From Octopus sinensis (lineage: Eukaryota), in contig NW_021833908.1 in the NCBI RefSeq assembly GCF_006345805.1, forward strand, positions 1 through 53,334: DNA of 53,334 bases, given 5' to 3'. The translations under genes were made by a program, and so were the position numbers. The number at the start of each line of letters is the position of its first letter. Position 1 is the first letter of the stretch. The notes below the pieces were generated by a model, which did not search any database, was not told where the DNA came from, and saw only the letters and a list, made by a program, of their open reading frames with translations. This document shows positions 1-12,246 of the stretch, one piece after another.

Positions 1-264
1 TCCGCAAGACACTTTCTAGGACTGCAAACCTCCCATATATCGTCTTACCAAGTCTCTTTTTTCCGCAAATGTCAACCCACAGATTTAAAAATATAAGCAT
101 CCATCGTAGCGCTCTAAGTACTCCTGCAAAAGACATGCGACCTGTCCATTCAACACCGCTCAAATTTATTTAAAATAACACCTCGATTATGAAAGTATCT
201 TCTGAAAATAGGAACCGGAAATAGTAATCTTCTGGAAATAGTATATGTATGTATTTGTGTCTAT

Positions 265-485
265 GTTTACGTGTTTGTGTTTGTCCCGCCGACATCGCTT
301 GACAACCGATGGTGGTGTGTTTACGTCCCCGTAACTTAGCAGTTCGGCAAAAGAGACCGATAGAATTAGTACTAGGCTTGCAAAGAATAAGTCCTGAAGT
401 CGATTTGCTCGACAAAAGACGGTGCTCCAGCATGGCCGCAGTCAAACGACTGAAACAAGGAAAAAGTGAAAGAGTATAAAAGAGA
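265..485 (+). mobile_element. 3' half of an abundant octopus-type tRNA-derived SINE (family 1, OK/OR-like; exact family not assigned)
   Basis: Shares gacaaccgatg-tggtgtgtttacgtccccgtaacttagc...ggtgctccagcatggcc-cagtcaaa-gactgaaacaag with several other copies in the window. Confidence 0.8.
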
Positions 486-783
486 GATGGTGAAGTTTGT
501 GGTAGCTGTTGATCTAGTTGCTGTTTACAGTTACTACTGGTTCTGTTGGTTGTTGACGGTATTGTTGTTATTGCGGTTATCGTTGTAGATGATGATGATG
601 ATGATGATAATGATAATGATGATGATGGAGGGGCGGGGTTGCTTTGTTTTGCTGTTGCCGTTGTTCTCAACTGCCAAGATATTCGTATATGAAGAATTCA
701 AGAGAAACAGGAGAGGTCACCGCAGAGCACAATGAAAACATTCTAGACACGTTTTATGCCTATCAAACATTTAGAGCATGTAC

Positions 784-823
<40 letters not shown>

Positions 824-844
824 TACACATAAATATATATCTCT

Positions 845-1122
845 TTCTCTTTTGCTTGTTTCCGTCATTTCACTGTGGTCATGCTGGAGCACCGCCTTTA
901 GTCGAGCAAATCGTTCCCAGGACTTACTCTTTGTAAGTCTAGTACTTATTCTATCGGTCACTTTGGCCGAACCGCTAAGTTACGGGGACGTAAACACACC
1001 AGCATCGGTTGTCAAGCGTTGTTAGGGGAACAAACGCAGACACACATACGTATACACGCACACATACATACATACATACATACATACATACATACATACA
1101 TACATACATACATACGCCCGTC

Positions 1123-1154
<32 letters not shown>

Positions 1155-1295
1155 GACGGGCTTCTTTCAGTTTCCGTCTACCAAATCCACTCACAAGGCT
1201 TTGGTCAGCCCGAGGCCATAGTAGAAGACACTTGCCCAAGAACCCGGAGCCATGTGGTTCGTAAGCAAGTTACTTACCACACAGCCACTCCTACG
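845..1295 (-). mobile_element. SINE family 1, near full length, with internal (TACA)n/(TA)n microsatellite
   Basis: The reverse complement has the tRNA-like head (ggctgtgtggtaag...accacatggctccgggt), the cttgggcaagtgtcttctactat core and the same 3' tail as 265-485. Confidence 0.85.
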
Positions 1296-1319
1296 CTTTA
1301 TATATATTTTAAATATACA

Positions 1320-1333
1320 AACATACGTGTGTA

Positions 1334-1377
<44 letters not shown>

Positions 1378-1410
1378 GTATTATCGATATATTATATTAT
1401 ATATATTTAT

Positions 1411-1448
<38 letters not shown>

Positions 1449-1714
1449 TATATATAGATAGATATATATATATATTTTATATAATATATAATATATATAT
1501 ATTATATATATTATTATATTATATATATGTATATATATATAATATATATATAATATATATAATATATATATAATATATGTATGTATATATATATAATATA
1601 TATATTATATATATTATTATATATATTATATATATATATATATATTAATAATTATATATATATATATGTTATATATATATATATAATGTATATATATGTA
1701 TATATAATATATTA

Positions 1715-1747
<33 letters not shown>

Positions 1748-1760
1748 ATAGATATATATA
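1320..1760. repeat. degenerate (TA)n microsatellite tract
   Basis: Almost entirely A/T dinucleotide repeats. Confidence 0.95.
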
Positions 1761-1792
1761 ACGCGAGAAAAAAGCAACAAGAATGGATAGGT

Positions 1793-1881
1793 TTTTAGTA
1801 CAATCGTTTCATACAAGGACAGGCTTTATTAAAAGTTGCAAAATGCAGCATATAAACGTGTCCCGTACTCATCAGCTAAAA
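1793..1881 (-). ncRNA. type I hammerhead ribozyme (left arm copy)
   Basis: Minus strand: TTTTAG-CTGATGA-GTAC...GTAT-GAAAC-GATT-GTA-CTAAAA. The core is intact and stem I TTTTAG/CTAAAA pairs fully. Confidence 0.75.
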
Positions 1882-3021
1882 TACATGTGAGTTCTCTAGA
1901 CATCCTAGTGGTTGAGGCTATACTCATGAAGTAATGTAGATAATTAAGTAACATAAACAGATTTCCAAAGTTCATTAAAGTTCTTTAAAGATGATGTACA
2001 GTTTTATCACAGAATTTTAAAAAAGTTTTAATAGCATCACAGAGAAGGTGACTAATCCATAGTGTACATATGATTTCCAGAGATATGAGGAGGGATTACA
2101 TACTCACAGACGACAAATTTATCCATTGCTAATCACAACGATGTGGGTTTCAATTCCTGCTTATTAGCATTACAGAGAGGGTGAGTTAATCCTTTGTATA
2201 GATGCACAATTTCCAATGGTGTTGATGTAAATTTCCAGAGAAATGAAGAGGAATTTCATATTCACAGGCGATAAATTTATCAATAGTTGAACACAATGAG
2301 GTGGGTATCAATTCTTGCTATATGATTAGGTATTTGCCACATTAATCACATTACTGCTATTTTCAAGAGACTGTAGCTATTTAACTTTTAAAGGCTGAAG
2401 GGCTTTCTGGAGAGGCAAAGAACAGAAAAGGGAAGGAAAGAGAAGGAAAGAGAGAAAATAAAGGGGGAGCTTTTCTGTTCTTTGCCTCTCCAGAAAGCCC
2501 TTCAGCCTTTAAAAGTTAAATACCTACAGTCTCTTGAAAATAGCAGTAATGTGATTAATGTGGCAAATACCTAATCATATAGCAAGAATTGATACCCACC
2601 TCATTGTGTTCAACCATTGATAAATTTATCGCCTGTGAATATGAAATTCCTCTTCATTTCTCTGGAAATTTACATCAACACCATTGGAAATTGTGCATCT
2701 ATACAAAGGATTAACTCACCCTCTCTGTAATGCTAATAAGCAGGAATTGAAACCCACCTCGTTGTGATTAGCAATGGATAAATTTGTCGTCTGTGAGTAT
2801 GTAATCCCTCCTCATATCTCTGGAAATTCATATGTACACTATGGATTAAGTCACCTTCTCTGTGATGCTATTAAAACTTTTTTAAAATTCTGGTGATAAG
2901 ACTGTACATCATCTTTAAAGAACTTTAATGAACTTTGGAAATCTGTTTATGTTACTTAATTATCTACATTACTTCATGAGTATAGCCTCAACCACTAGGA
3001 TGTCTAGAGAACTCACATGTA

Positions 3022-3111
3022 TTTTAGCTGATGAGTACGGGACACGTTTATATGCTGCAATTTTGCAACTTTTAATAAAGCCTGTCCTTGTATGAAACGA
3101 TTGTACTAAAA
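3022..3111 (+). ncRNA. type I hammerhead ribozyme (right arm copy)
   Basis: TTTTAG(3022)-CTGATGA(3028)-stem II GTACGGGACA/TGTCCTTGTAT with a large loop-GAAAC(3094)-GATT-GTA(3103-3105)-CTAAAA. Confidence 0.75.
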
Positions 3112-3268
3112 ACCTATCCATTCTTGTTGCTTTTTTCTCGCTTATAATCACCCACATTACTGTATTGTTTAAACCGTATAGTTTGTTTTGGTGCATCTAA
3201 GTTAGGTACCATATTCAAGTAAATTCATTTAAATTAACTTGAATCTTTATTGCTTTTTGTATATATAT

Positions 3269-3318
<50 letters not shown>

Positions 3319-3323
3319 TATAG

Positions 3324-3356
<33 letters not shown>

Positions 3357-3360
3357 TATA

Positions 3361-3560
3361 TAGAAGGAGCTTCTACAGGACTAGAACTGTTTCATTCAAG
3401 AGAAATCTTCAGGAAGCTAGTTAACAAGAATTGTATTGGCATTTATCATTTAGGCAGTTTAACGGGGTGTTGTGGGGGACTTTTTTGGGGGTAGGCATAG
3501 CACAAAATATCATACTTGGGGGAGTGGGTCAAGGAGTCAGTGTTAATTAGATAAGAAGAA
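3361..3560 (-). mobile_element. HHR-bearing short repeat (PLE pseudo-LTR-like); second copy at 53120-53322
   Basis: About 190 bp match the reverse complement of 53120-53320, and the repeat contains a compact hammerhead. Confidence 0.7.
3368..3418 (-). ncRNA. compact type I hammerhead ribozyme
   Basis: Minus strand: AGCTTC-CTGAAGA-TTTC-TCTT-GAAT-GAA-ACAG-TTCTAGTC-CTGT-A-GAAGCT. Stem I has 6 bp, stem III has 4 bp and the cleavage triplet is GUA. Confidence 0.8.
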
Positions 3561-3648
3561 ATAAAAAATAAAAAAAAAAAAAAAAATAAAAAATAAAATA
3601 AAAAAACCTATATATATATATATATACACAAACATAAAAATAAATTAA

Positions 3649-3889
3649 ATGCGCCCTTTTAAAGCCTAGCCAGGCTTATGGGCCCGGTTTCAATGGCGTA
3701 TGTGTTCCTCAGCTGGACGGGACGCCAGTCCATCGCAGCGTTACTCATTTTTGCCAGCTGAGTGGACTGGAGCAACGTGAAATGAAATGTTTTGCTCAAG
3801 AACACAAGGCGTCGTCCGGTTCAGGAATCGAAATCACAATCTTACAATCATGATTCTGACACCCTAACCACTAAGCCACGCGCCTCCAC
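3649..3889 (-). mobile_element. tRNA-derived SINE (family 3 head and core, with a gcgatggactggcgtcccgtccag tail)
   Basis: The minus strand starts gtggaggcgcgtggcttagtggttaggg (A box) and has a B-box-like tttcgattcc. The core is cttgagcaaaacatttcatttcacgttgctccagtccactcagct. Confidence 0.8.
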
Positions 3890-4672
3890 ACACACACATA
3901 TACGCACACAAATGTACATGTATATATATATGTATATAATCGTGCATGTGTATATACTACATATATATGTATGTTTATATGTATATACGTACATATATAC
4001 TTAGATACATATGTGTGTGTGTGCGTGTGTCTGTGAGTGTGCATAATGCACCCATAGATACAAACGCATACACAGACATATGTGTATATGGGTTGTTAGG
4101 TATGTATGTAGGTATATATATATATGTGTGTGTGTGTGTGTTTTGAGTGTGTATATATATATAGGTGTGTATTAATATATGTATGTTATGTATGTAGGTA
4201 GAAAGGTATGTATGTATCTATGTGTGTATGTGTATGTACGTATGTACTTATGCATGTATGTATGTATGTATGTATGTATGTATGTATGTATATATGTATG
4301 TATGTTTGTATGTTTGTATGTTTGTTTGTTTGTTTACCAATTTCCCAAGCAACATCGACCCCCAACTGGTTAAGCAGTTTAACATTTCTGAAGAAAACGA
4401 ATAACTAAGAAGGAACGAAAGAAAAATGAATAAATGAAAGGAAAGATTTAAGAATGTTTCTTGTCTCAGTCGGGAGTGAGAAAACGGCGCAATTTGATCT
4501 CGGTTCTGTCCTGTTATAAATCAACGCGATTTTGTTATTTCTACTTCATTATTGAAGTAATGGACGTAACACTGAAATGCTCCTAGAATTACAGTGTTCT
4601 CGTATATAAGTGTATATTTGCGTTTGCCTGTGTAAGTGTGCGTGCGTGTATTTGTGCGTATATGCATGTGTG

Positions 4673-4719
<47 letters not shown>

Positions 4720-4889
4720 ATATGTACACTCATACACAAATGTGGTCCCTCTAACGGTGACAGCTATGACAAGGGAATTAATCAAATTGTAACAGGTAAC
4801 AGGATCTTTCTATGTATGCGTGTTCTTTTTAATGTGTGTATGTGTGTGTGTACACAGACAAACGCACGTACGCACACACATATATAGTT

Positions 4890-5010
4890 GAAATTTAAAG
4901 AAAAACGAAAGACGAAGTGTATTAGTTTGACGCTCAGGAAGGTGAGAAAGTCTTTTACGTTTCGAGCCTACGCTCTTCAACAGAAAGGAACACGATGAAA
5001 TATACAGAGA
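4890..5010 (-). mobile_element. short repeat with a variant hammerhead-like motif (copy 1; copy 2 at 5653-5950)
   Basis: tgtattagt..gcgctcaggaa...acgtttcgagcctacgctcttcaacagaaag is shared with 5710-5790. Confidence 0.55.
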
Positions 5011-5014
5011 GCGA

Positions 5015-5057
<43 letters not shown>

Positions 5058-5136
5058 GTGTGTGTATATACATATACAGATATATATACATATATATGTA
5101 TAAATACATATATATATATTTTTATATAAATATATA

Positions 5137-5482
5137 CTACCACTATGACCCGGCGTTGCCGAGTCATAGTGCTAGTGCATGCATATACAGCTGCGTGCGT
5201 GCGCACATACACGCGAGTACTGTCCAAATCTCCGACCAATCACGTACAGCTTGCTGGCATTCAATTGGCGTATCAATTGGGTTTTGGATAGAAAATACAC
5301 AAAAAATCACTTCTATTGATTTTTAATGGCCTTGCGGGGTGACTGGGGAAATGTAAAGATGTGCACGATCATCCTTGGACGGTTCTGAATGATCATAGAA
5401 AGTGCGAGCCCTCTAACTGAAAAATTATGGATTTGTATAAAGGACACGCACGCAAACATTTTGCCGTTTATATATAGAGAGA
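5137..5482 (-). mobile_element. non-autonomous Helitron-like element
   Basis: One end has the hairpin cactatgac-ccggcgttgccga-gtcatagtg. The other end is ...tatatagagaga|t, i.e. 5'-TC on the minus strand. The layout matches the 34400 array units. Confidence 0.6.
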
Positions 5483-5494
5483 TATCTGTATATG

Positions 5495-5600
<106 letters not shown>

Positions 5601-5614
5601 GTGTGTGTGTGTGT

Positions 5615-5652
<38 letters not shown>

Positions 5653-5655
<3 letters not shown>

Positions 5656-5950
5656 CGGAAGCTTTATGAAAATAGACAAAAGACGAAGGCAGGTAGAATA
5701 CAAACAAACAATTGTATTAGTATGGCGCTCAGGAAATATAAATGAAACAAGTCTTTAACGTTTCGAGCCTACGCTCTTCAACAGAAAGATACACAGAGAA
5801 AAAAAACACAGAAAGAAGGAGAGAAAAAAATATGCGTGCAAAGCTAGCGAATCAACATGGCGATCTGATTTCGGCCAGAAGTCAAAGATCAAACATGAGA
5901 CGCAAGAGCGAAATTAGGGGAGATAATAGGGTTGAATGACCCCGCTCAAA
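5653..5950 (-). mobile_element. short repeat with a variant hammerhead-like motif (copy 2)
   Basis: Minus strand 5789-5752: TCTTT-CTGTTGA-A-GAGC-GTAG-GCTC-GAAAC-GTT-AAAGA. Confidence 0.55.
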
Positions 5951-6079
5951 CATAAGAGTGTGTGTGTGTGTGTATGAGAAGAGTGTGTGTGTGTGTATGA
6001 GAGAGTATTAGTGCGTATGAGAGGTCTAGACGTGTGTATGTATATATGATGTGATGTGTAAAGTCGTATGGTGTAGTGT

Positions 6080-6400
6080 AGAGAGAGGAGAAGAGGGGGG
6101 TAAGGGGGGAGATTGGAGGGGTGAGGGGGAGAAAGAAAGGGGAGAAGAGGAGGGGGAGAAGGAAGGAGAGGAGGGGAGGGGATGGGAGGAGGGAGGAGAG
6201 AGGGAGAGGAGGAGAAAGAGAGAAGGGGAGTGAGGGAGCAGAGGGAAGGGGTAGAGGGAAGAAGGAGGGAGGGAGAAAGAGGGAAGAAGGGAAGAGGAGT
6301 AGGGGTGAAAGGACGAAGGACTGAAGAGAAGTAGGGGTCGGGGGGGGAGGTTAGATGAGGAGGGGGGAGTTGAGATAGTCATAGTAGTCATAAGTGAGAG
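6080..6400. repeat. purine-rich (GA/GGA) low-complexity tract
   Basis: Nearly all G/A on the + strand. Confidence 0.9.
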
Positions 6401-6667
6401 AGAAATAGTCTGTAGTCTGATGAAATTTTATTTCACAACAAAAATATTCTAATATCGCGACAATTTTTTTCGTAATTTAAAAAGCATGAAAATTATTTAT
6501 ATTATTATCTTATACATAAAGGGCAATTTCTCTTACCATCCTGCAGCCTATATAAGTGAACCAATCTTCACAAAACTTTGCATACATGCTAAACTAACAT
6601 CTAGTTCAATTATAGGCTAATTGGATTTCTTATTATATCTGATAAAATATAGAAAGGATTATTATTA

Positions 6668-6705
<38 letters not shown>

Positions 6706-6909
6706 GAGGTGGCGAGCTGGCAGAATCGTCAGCACTCCAGCCAAAATGCGTAGTGGTATCCAAGGCTTAATTCTGAGTTCAAATTCCGCCGAGGTCGACT
6801 TTGCCTTTCATCCTTTCGGAATCGATAAATTAAGTACCTGCGAAACACTTGAGTCGATGCAATCGACTAGTCCCTACAAATTTCAGGCCTTGTGGCTTTA
6901 GTAGAAAGG

Positions 6910-6910
<1 letters not shown>
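6706..6910 (+). mobile_element. SINE family 2 (tRNA head plus Nin/Deu-like domain) with (ATT)n tail
   Basis: ggcgagctggcagaatcgt...gagttcaaattccgccgaggtcgactttgcctttcatcctttcgg..tcgataaattaagtacc. Confidence 0.8.
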
Positions 6911-6958
<48 letters not shown>

Positions 6959-6997
6959 ATTATCATTATTATCATCATCATCATTATTATCATTATT

Positions 6998-7063
<66 letters not shown>

Positions 7064-7200
7064 AGGCGGCGAGCTGGCAGAATCGTTAGCACGCCAAGCA
7101 AAATGCTTAGTGGCATTTCGTCTGTCTTTACGTTCTGAGTTCGAATTCCGCCGAGGTCGACTTTGCCTTTCGTCCTTCGGCTTCGTAAATTAAGTACTAT
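7064..7200 (+). mobile_element. SINE family 2, 3'-truncated
   Basis: Same head and gtcgactttgcctttc core as the other family 2 copies. Confidence 0.8.
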
Positions 7201-7249
7201 CAAAACATTGACTAGTCCACTCCTCTTAAAACTTTTAGACTTTGTGCCT

Positions 7250-7650
7250 GTTTTACTTGTTTCAGTCATTTGACTGTGGCCATGCTGGAGCACCGCCTTT
7301 AGTCGAGCAAATCGACCCCCAGGACTTATTCTTTGTAAGCGTAGTACTTATTCTGTCAGTCTCTTTGCCGAACCGCTAAGTTACGGGGACGTAAACACAT
7401 CAGCATCGGTTGACAAGCGATGTTGGGAGGAAAAACACAGACACACAAACATACACACACACACACACACACATGCATACATATATATGACGGGCTTCTT
7501 TCAGTTTCCGTCTACCAAATCCACTCACAAGGTTTTGGTCGGCCCGAGGCTATAGTAGAAGACACTTGCCCAAGGTGCCACGCGGTGGGACTGAACCCGG
7601 AACCATGTGGTTGGTAAGCAAGCTACATACCACACAGCCACTCCTGCGCC
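7250..7650 (-). mobile_element. SINE family 1, full length
   Basis: Homologous to 845-1295 along its whole length. Confidence 0.85.
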
Positions 7651-8130
7651 TATATAAAAAAAATGACATTATGTAAATTTATAGAAGAATACCCCCACCC
7701 TTCCCCGATTTCAGTCGGAAATGTTTATACTTGTTGGATGACTAAGGTATTGTAATTAGACGGAGAAGTTTCTCTCTGCTAAAATAACGCTGTCTGGAGA
7801 AGGATGGGTTTTGCCATTGTGACTTGCCTTAGGACAAACCACAATGTTAAAAATGTGAATTTAATTTGTTTCGCCCAATCCAATAAGTCTCGACCAATGA
7901 AACAATATTCTTGTTGCAGGATGTTTTGGGTGTATTTCTTTTTTCTTTCATTTCTAATTAAACGTTAATTTTCGTTCATTTAAGAACGCTATTTATTTAA
8001 CACTCTGCTCCCCCAGTTTCATCCATTTTAATGTCAGGACACAATTTTCTCATCCTAGAAACAAGAAACTGATTTAGATTATTTACTAAGTTTGTAGTTT
8101 CGGTGGGTAATCGTGTCTTATATATATATA

Positions 8131-9394
8131 GAGGGTGCGTAAGCTATTTGAGGATAGATTTACATTTATGTAAAAAAAAAAACAGATGTATAATGACAGA
8201 TGATAACTTTATTTATCAAAAAAATGCTATGAGGATAAAAAAATAAACTTTCTTTTCAATAAAGTCAACTTCAGCTTCAACAACTACTTCTATATGAGAT
8301 TTAATTCATCTACATGTTGGAATCAAGTGGTCCTCCTTCATTTTGGACATTACTCTGACTATGGCAGCTTTCAAAGAATCTTTGGTGTTATGGGCATGTT
8401 CATTGACTTCTCTCTCAACAGCGCTTCACATATAAATAGTCCAATGGATTGAGATCTGGGGAATTAGGAGGCCAAGTGTCAGGGGTTATGTGATCATGAA
8501 AATTTTCAGCCATCTATTCCTGTGTTACTAGAGCTATGTGTGATAGTGCAGAATCTTACTGAAACACATGGCCTTCCATTGCATACACTGTCTATCTAGG
8601 GATTAACAATTATTTCCAGGACTTCAATGTAGGCGGTAGAGTTAACTCTAAGGCCTTGTGGAAAGAAGTAAGGAGGCATCAGATGTTGTTCGTTGCTGAC
8701 AACCCCTAAAAACCATGACAGTTGCAAGAAATTTTGTATGCACAACACTTGGAACTTCAAAAGGGCCTGCATATAACCATTGGTCATTTCTTCTGTTAAC
8801 TTTTTGATTTTGGTCGCAGTTTTTCTTGTTTGAGTAAATCCAAATCAAATCTTCTTCTGTTGGATTTTTCAGTTTGTTTAAGAGCCTTTTAGATCTGATA
8901 TCATGATTTTCTTTTGTTTTTTCTGACAAATTAACCTTTCCTCATCATAAAAGACTTATATCTGATGTCTTCGTGGACAACATTTCTGACTGTTCCTTCT
9001 GACACATGGAGATCTTTTACAATTGACCTAATGGACTTTCTGGGATTGTAATCAATGGTCTGTTGAACTTGCTTCATAAATTCAGGTGTTCTGATGATTT
9101 CAGAGCATTTTGAATGATTTTTATGCTTTGGTACTGGTGATACATTTCCATCTTTAGTCTCCAGCTCCTTAAAAACTTTGTAGACGAAAGATCTGGCAAC
9201 TTTTTAAAAAATCGAGATATTTCTAAATCACTATTCTCAACCTTTATAACCACAATAATAGCATGACCCTTCATTTCTTGAGTAAGCTGAGGGTATGCCA
9301 TTATTATTTTCTGAAACAAAGATTATACAAAGTTAGCAAAAAATGCAGCAATGACCCAAAAAAAGGTATGTCCTCAAATACCTTACGCACCCTG
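8131..9394 (-). mobile_element. Tc1/mariner-superfamily DNA transposon (maT/DD37D-like) with a degraded transposase
   Basis: 24-bp TIRs (GAGGGTGCGTAAGCTATTTGAGGA and CAGGGTGCGTAAGGTATTTGAGGA) are flanked by TA. Minus-strand fragments read NCDQNQKVNRRNDQW, GVVSNE..MPPYFFPQGLRVN and WPPNSPDLNPLDY, with many frameshifts. Confidence 0.9.
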
Positions 9395-9404
9395 TATACA
9401 TATC

Positions 9405-9453
<49 letters not shown>

Positions 9454-9553
9454 ATGTGTGTATGTATATATATATGTATGTATGTACACACACATATACA
9501 TGCTTGTATTTATGTATGCGTACATGTATGTAAATTCATCTATGTATATATAT

Positions 9554-9605
<52 letters not shown>

Positions 9606-10001
9606 TGTATTCAAAGTCATTTGTAAATAGTTTCACACCAAACCTTTTCTTTCTCTTAAAGAATATCTAGAATATCTATGACAACAACGAGATGATTAGA
9701 GGAATTTCATCAAATTGTCTGCGACATGTTGGACTGCAAGCAAACAGATAACGCAAACTGCGAGACTTATCAACGAAATTGTTTTGTTTTCGCCTCTCCT
9801 CCCTTTGTCAGTCAAGCTTATCTGTAGTTGCCATTTACATTTTCTTTATTTCGTATAATCAGCAGACACTTTCTTGGTGACATCAGACAGATAAACCACA
9901 TTTCCACTAACGCAGGGAACATTTCACTGCCTTCTGTCGCCTCTCTTTATATTTTTTTTATCAGTCCTGCCAGTAAAATATTTATTATTATATAGCGTTC
10001 T

Positions 10002-10400
10002 AAGGCGGCGAGCTAGCAGAGTCGTTAGCACGCCGAGCGAAATGTTTTGCGGTGTTTCGTCTGCCTTTGCGTTCTGAGTTCAAATTCCGCCGAGGTCGAC
10101 TTTACCTTTCATCCTTTCGGGGTCGATAAAATAAGTACCAGTTACGCACCGGGGTCGATATAATCGACTTAATTCTTTTTACCTGTCCTTGTTTGTCCTT
10201 TCTGTGTTTAGCCCCTTGTGGGTAGTAAAGAAATAGGTATTTCGTCTGCCGTTACGTTCTGAGTTCAAATTCCGCCGAGGTCGACTTTGCCTTTCATCCT
10301 TTCGGGGTCGATTAAATAAGTACCAGTTACGCACTGGGATCGATGTAATCGATTTAGTCCCTTTGTCTGTCCTTGTTTGTCTCCTCTATGTTTAGCTCCT
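10002..10400 (+). mobile_element. SINE family 2 with an internally duplicated body (dimer)
   Basis: Head at 10002. The 3' end aaagaaataggt joins directly to atttcgtctgccgttacg at 10238/10239. Confidence 0.85.
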
Positions 10401-10606
10401 TGTGGGCAATAAAGAAATAAGAATCGTTTGCACGTCGGGCATTTGTACATCTTTATGTTTTGAGTTTAAATGCCACCGAATCTGATTTTGTCTTTCACCT
10501 TCTCGGGCTCGATAAAACAGGTACCATTAATCAACTTATCCATCGCCCGAGATTGCTGGCCATGTACCAAAATTCGAAACCAATATCATTATTGTTAAAA
10601 GTGGTG

Positions 10607-10790
10607 AACGGACAGAATCATTAGAGCGTCGGAGAAAAAAATGTTTAGCGGCATTTCGTCCGTTTTTATGTCTTGAGTTCAAATTCCGTCGAGGTCGACT
10701 TTGACTTTCATCCTTTCGGGATCGATAAAATAAGAACCAATTGAACACTGGCGTCAATGTAATCGACTTACTCCCTCCCTATCATGAAAT
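10607..10790 (+). mobile_element. SINE family 2, diverged
   Basis: gagttcaaattccgtcgaggtcgactttgactttcatcctttcgggatcgataaaataag. Confidence 0.75.
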
Positions 10791-10807
10791 TGCTGACCCA
10801 CTCTCTT

Positions 10808-11222
10808 ACTCTTTTACTTGTTTCAGTCATTTGGCTGTGGTCATGCTAGAGCAGCCTTTAGTCGAGCAAATCGACCCCAGGACTTATTCTTTTGTAAGCC
10901 TAGTACTTATTCCATCGCTCTCTTTTGCCGAACCGCTAAGTTACGGGAACGCAAATACACCAGCATCGGTTGTCAAGCGGTGTTGGGAGACAAACACAGA
11001 CACACAACCACACATACACACACACATATATATATATAGATATATATACATATATACGATAGGCTTCTTTCAGTTTCTGCCAACCAAATCCACTCACAAG
11101 GCTTTGGTCGGCCTGAGGCTATAGTAGAAGACTCTTGCCCAAGGTGCCACGCAGTGGGACTGAACCCAGAACCATGTGGTTGGTAAGTAAGCTACCTATC
11201 ACACAGCCTCTCCTGCGCCTAA
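10808..11222 (-). mobile_element. SINE family 1, full length
   Basis: Homologous to 7250-7650. Confidence 0.85.
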
Positions 11223-11484
11223 CTCCTGCCAAAATTTGAAATGAATATCACTAGATGCAGAACGGATGAACAGACGACAAAGGCCAGGATCAACCAGTTC
11301 GGTTAACGAACTACTACTATCGTCTGCATTTGTTGCGTGAGCAGATGAGATATTTCAATGAGTGAAAGCTCAACGTGACTAAAACCAAAGCAAGACATCC
11401 ATGCTGCATCGCTCCATCGGGATATCAAGTGTGAAAGAGTTGCATTAGTCCGAGCAAGTCGCCCAACTCGATGATGATGATGAT

Positions 11485-11822
11485 GGGTTAGGGTTAGGGG
11501 TGGGGAGAAGGGTATCTTTTTTTCTTCACAAATGTAAGTAAGCCCTTCTTCACAAATGTAAGTAAGCCCAATCTGTTTCTTAAACGAGGGACATATTCAT
11601 ACGGCACAGAATGTTTTTTACCTCAATACACGTCATTGATTGGTTGAAATAGCAGAAATTGAAGAAAAAACAACAACAAATATCTTACAAACCATAGAAT
11701 TTTCTCAATAAAGCCAAGAGAAAAAGATGTTTTATAAACACATTCTACCAGTATACGAAGTTTAAAAGTGTTTAGTTACGTGGAAATTATTTTAAAATAC
11801 TGCCGTTCGAACAGTAAAGATC
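11485..11822. mobile_element. truncated copy of the GGATC-ended MITE, containing (GGGTTA)n
   Basis: The internal sequence matches 30560-30871 and the reverse complement of 14924-15230. Only the ...aaagatcc end is present. Confidence 0.75.
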
Positions 11823-12015
11823 CAACAATTCTATAACTCAGTAGACTTTCCCATCAAGATTGTTCTATTACCTATCATCCTATCATTTACCTTGCTAAAT
11901 GTCAACGAATTTAAGTGGATGTTCATTCCACTTTCATTACTAAGTTATCACCTTAATATCTCTTCAGTCGCTCCTTAACAGCGATCACTTAAGACTAAAC
12001 AGGTTGGGACTGATA

Positions 12016-12246
12016 ACGGCGGCGAGCTGGCAGAAACGTTAGCGCGCCGGGCGAAATGCGTAGCCGTATTCGTCTGCCGTTACGTTGTGAGTTCAAATTC
12101 CGCCGAGGTCGACTTTACCTTTCATCCTTTCGGGGTCGATAAATTAAGTACCAGTTACGCACTGGGGTCGATGTAATCGACTTAATACCTATGTCTGTCG
12201 TTGTTTGTCCCCTCTATGTTTAGCCCCTTGTGGGTAATAAAGAAAT
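12016..12246 (+). mobile_element. SINE family 2, full length, with a 15-bp TSD
   Basis: aggttgggactgata occurs at 12001-12015 and again at 12247-12261. Confidence 0.9.

Larger units (their letters stand above)
1763..3141. repeat. long near-perfect inverted repeat (arms 1763-2430 and 2470-3141, 39-bp purine-rich spacer), probably derived from a Penelope-like element (PLE)
   Basis: The right arm is the reverse complement of the left over ~670 bp with only a few substitutions and indels. Each arm carries a hammerhead motif near its outer end. Confidence 0.9.

Noticed and set aside
9091-9097. CTGATGA hammerhead core
   Set aside because: No GAAA or stems follow, and it lies inside the maT transposase.
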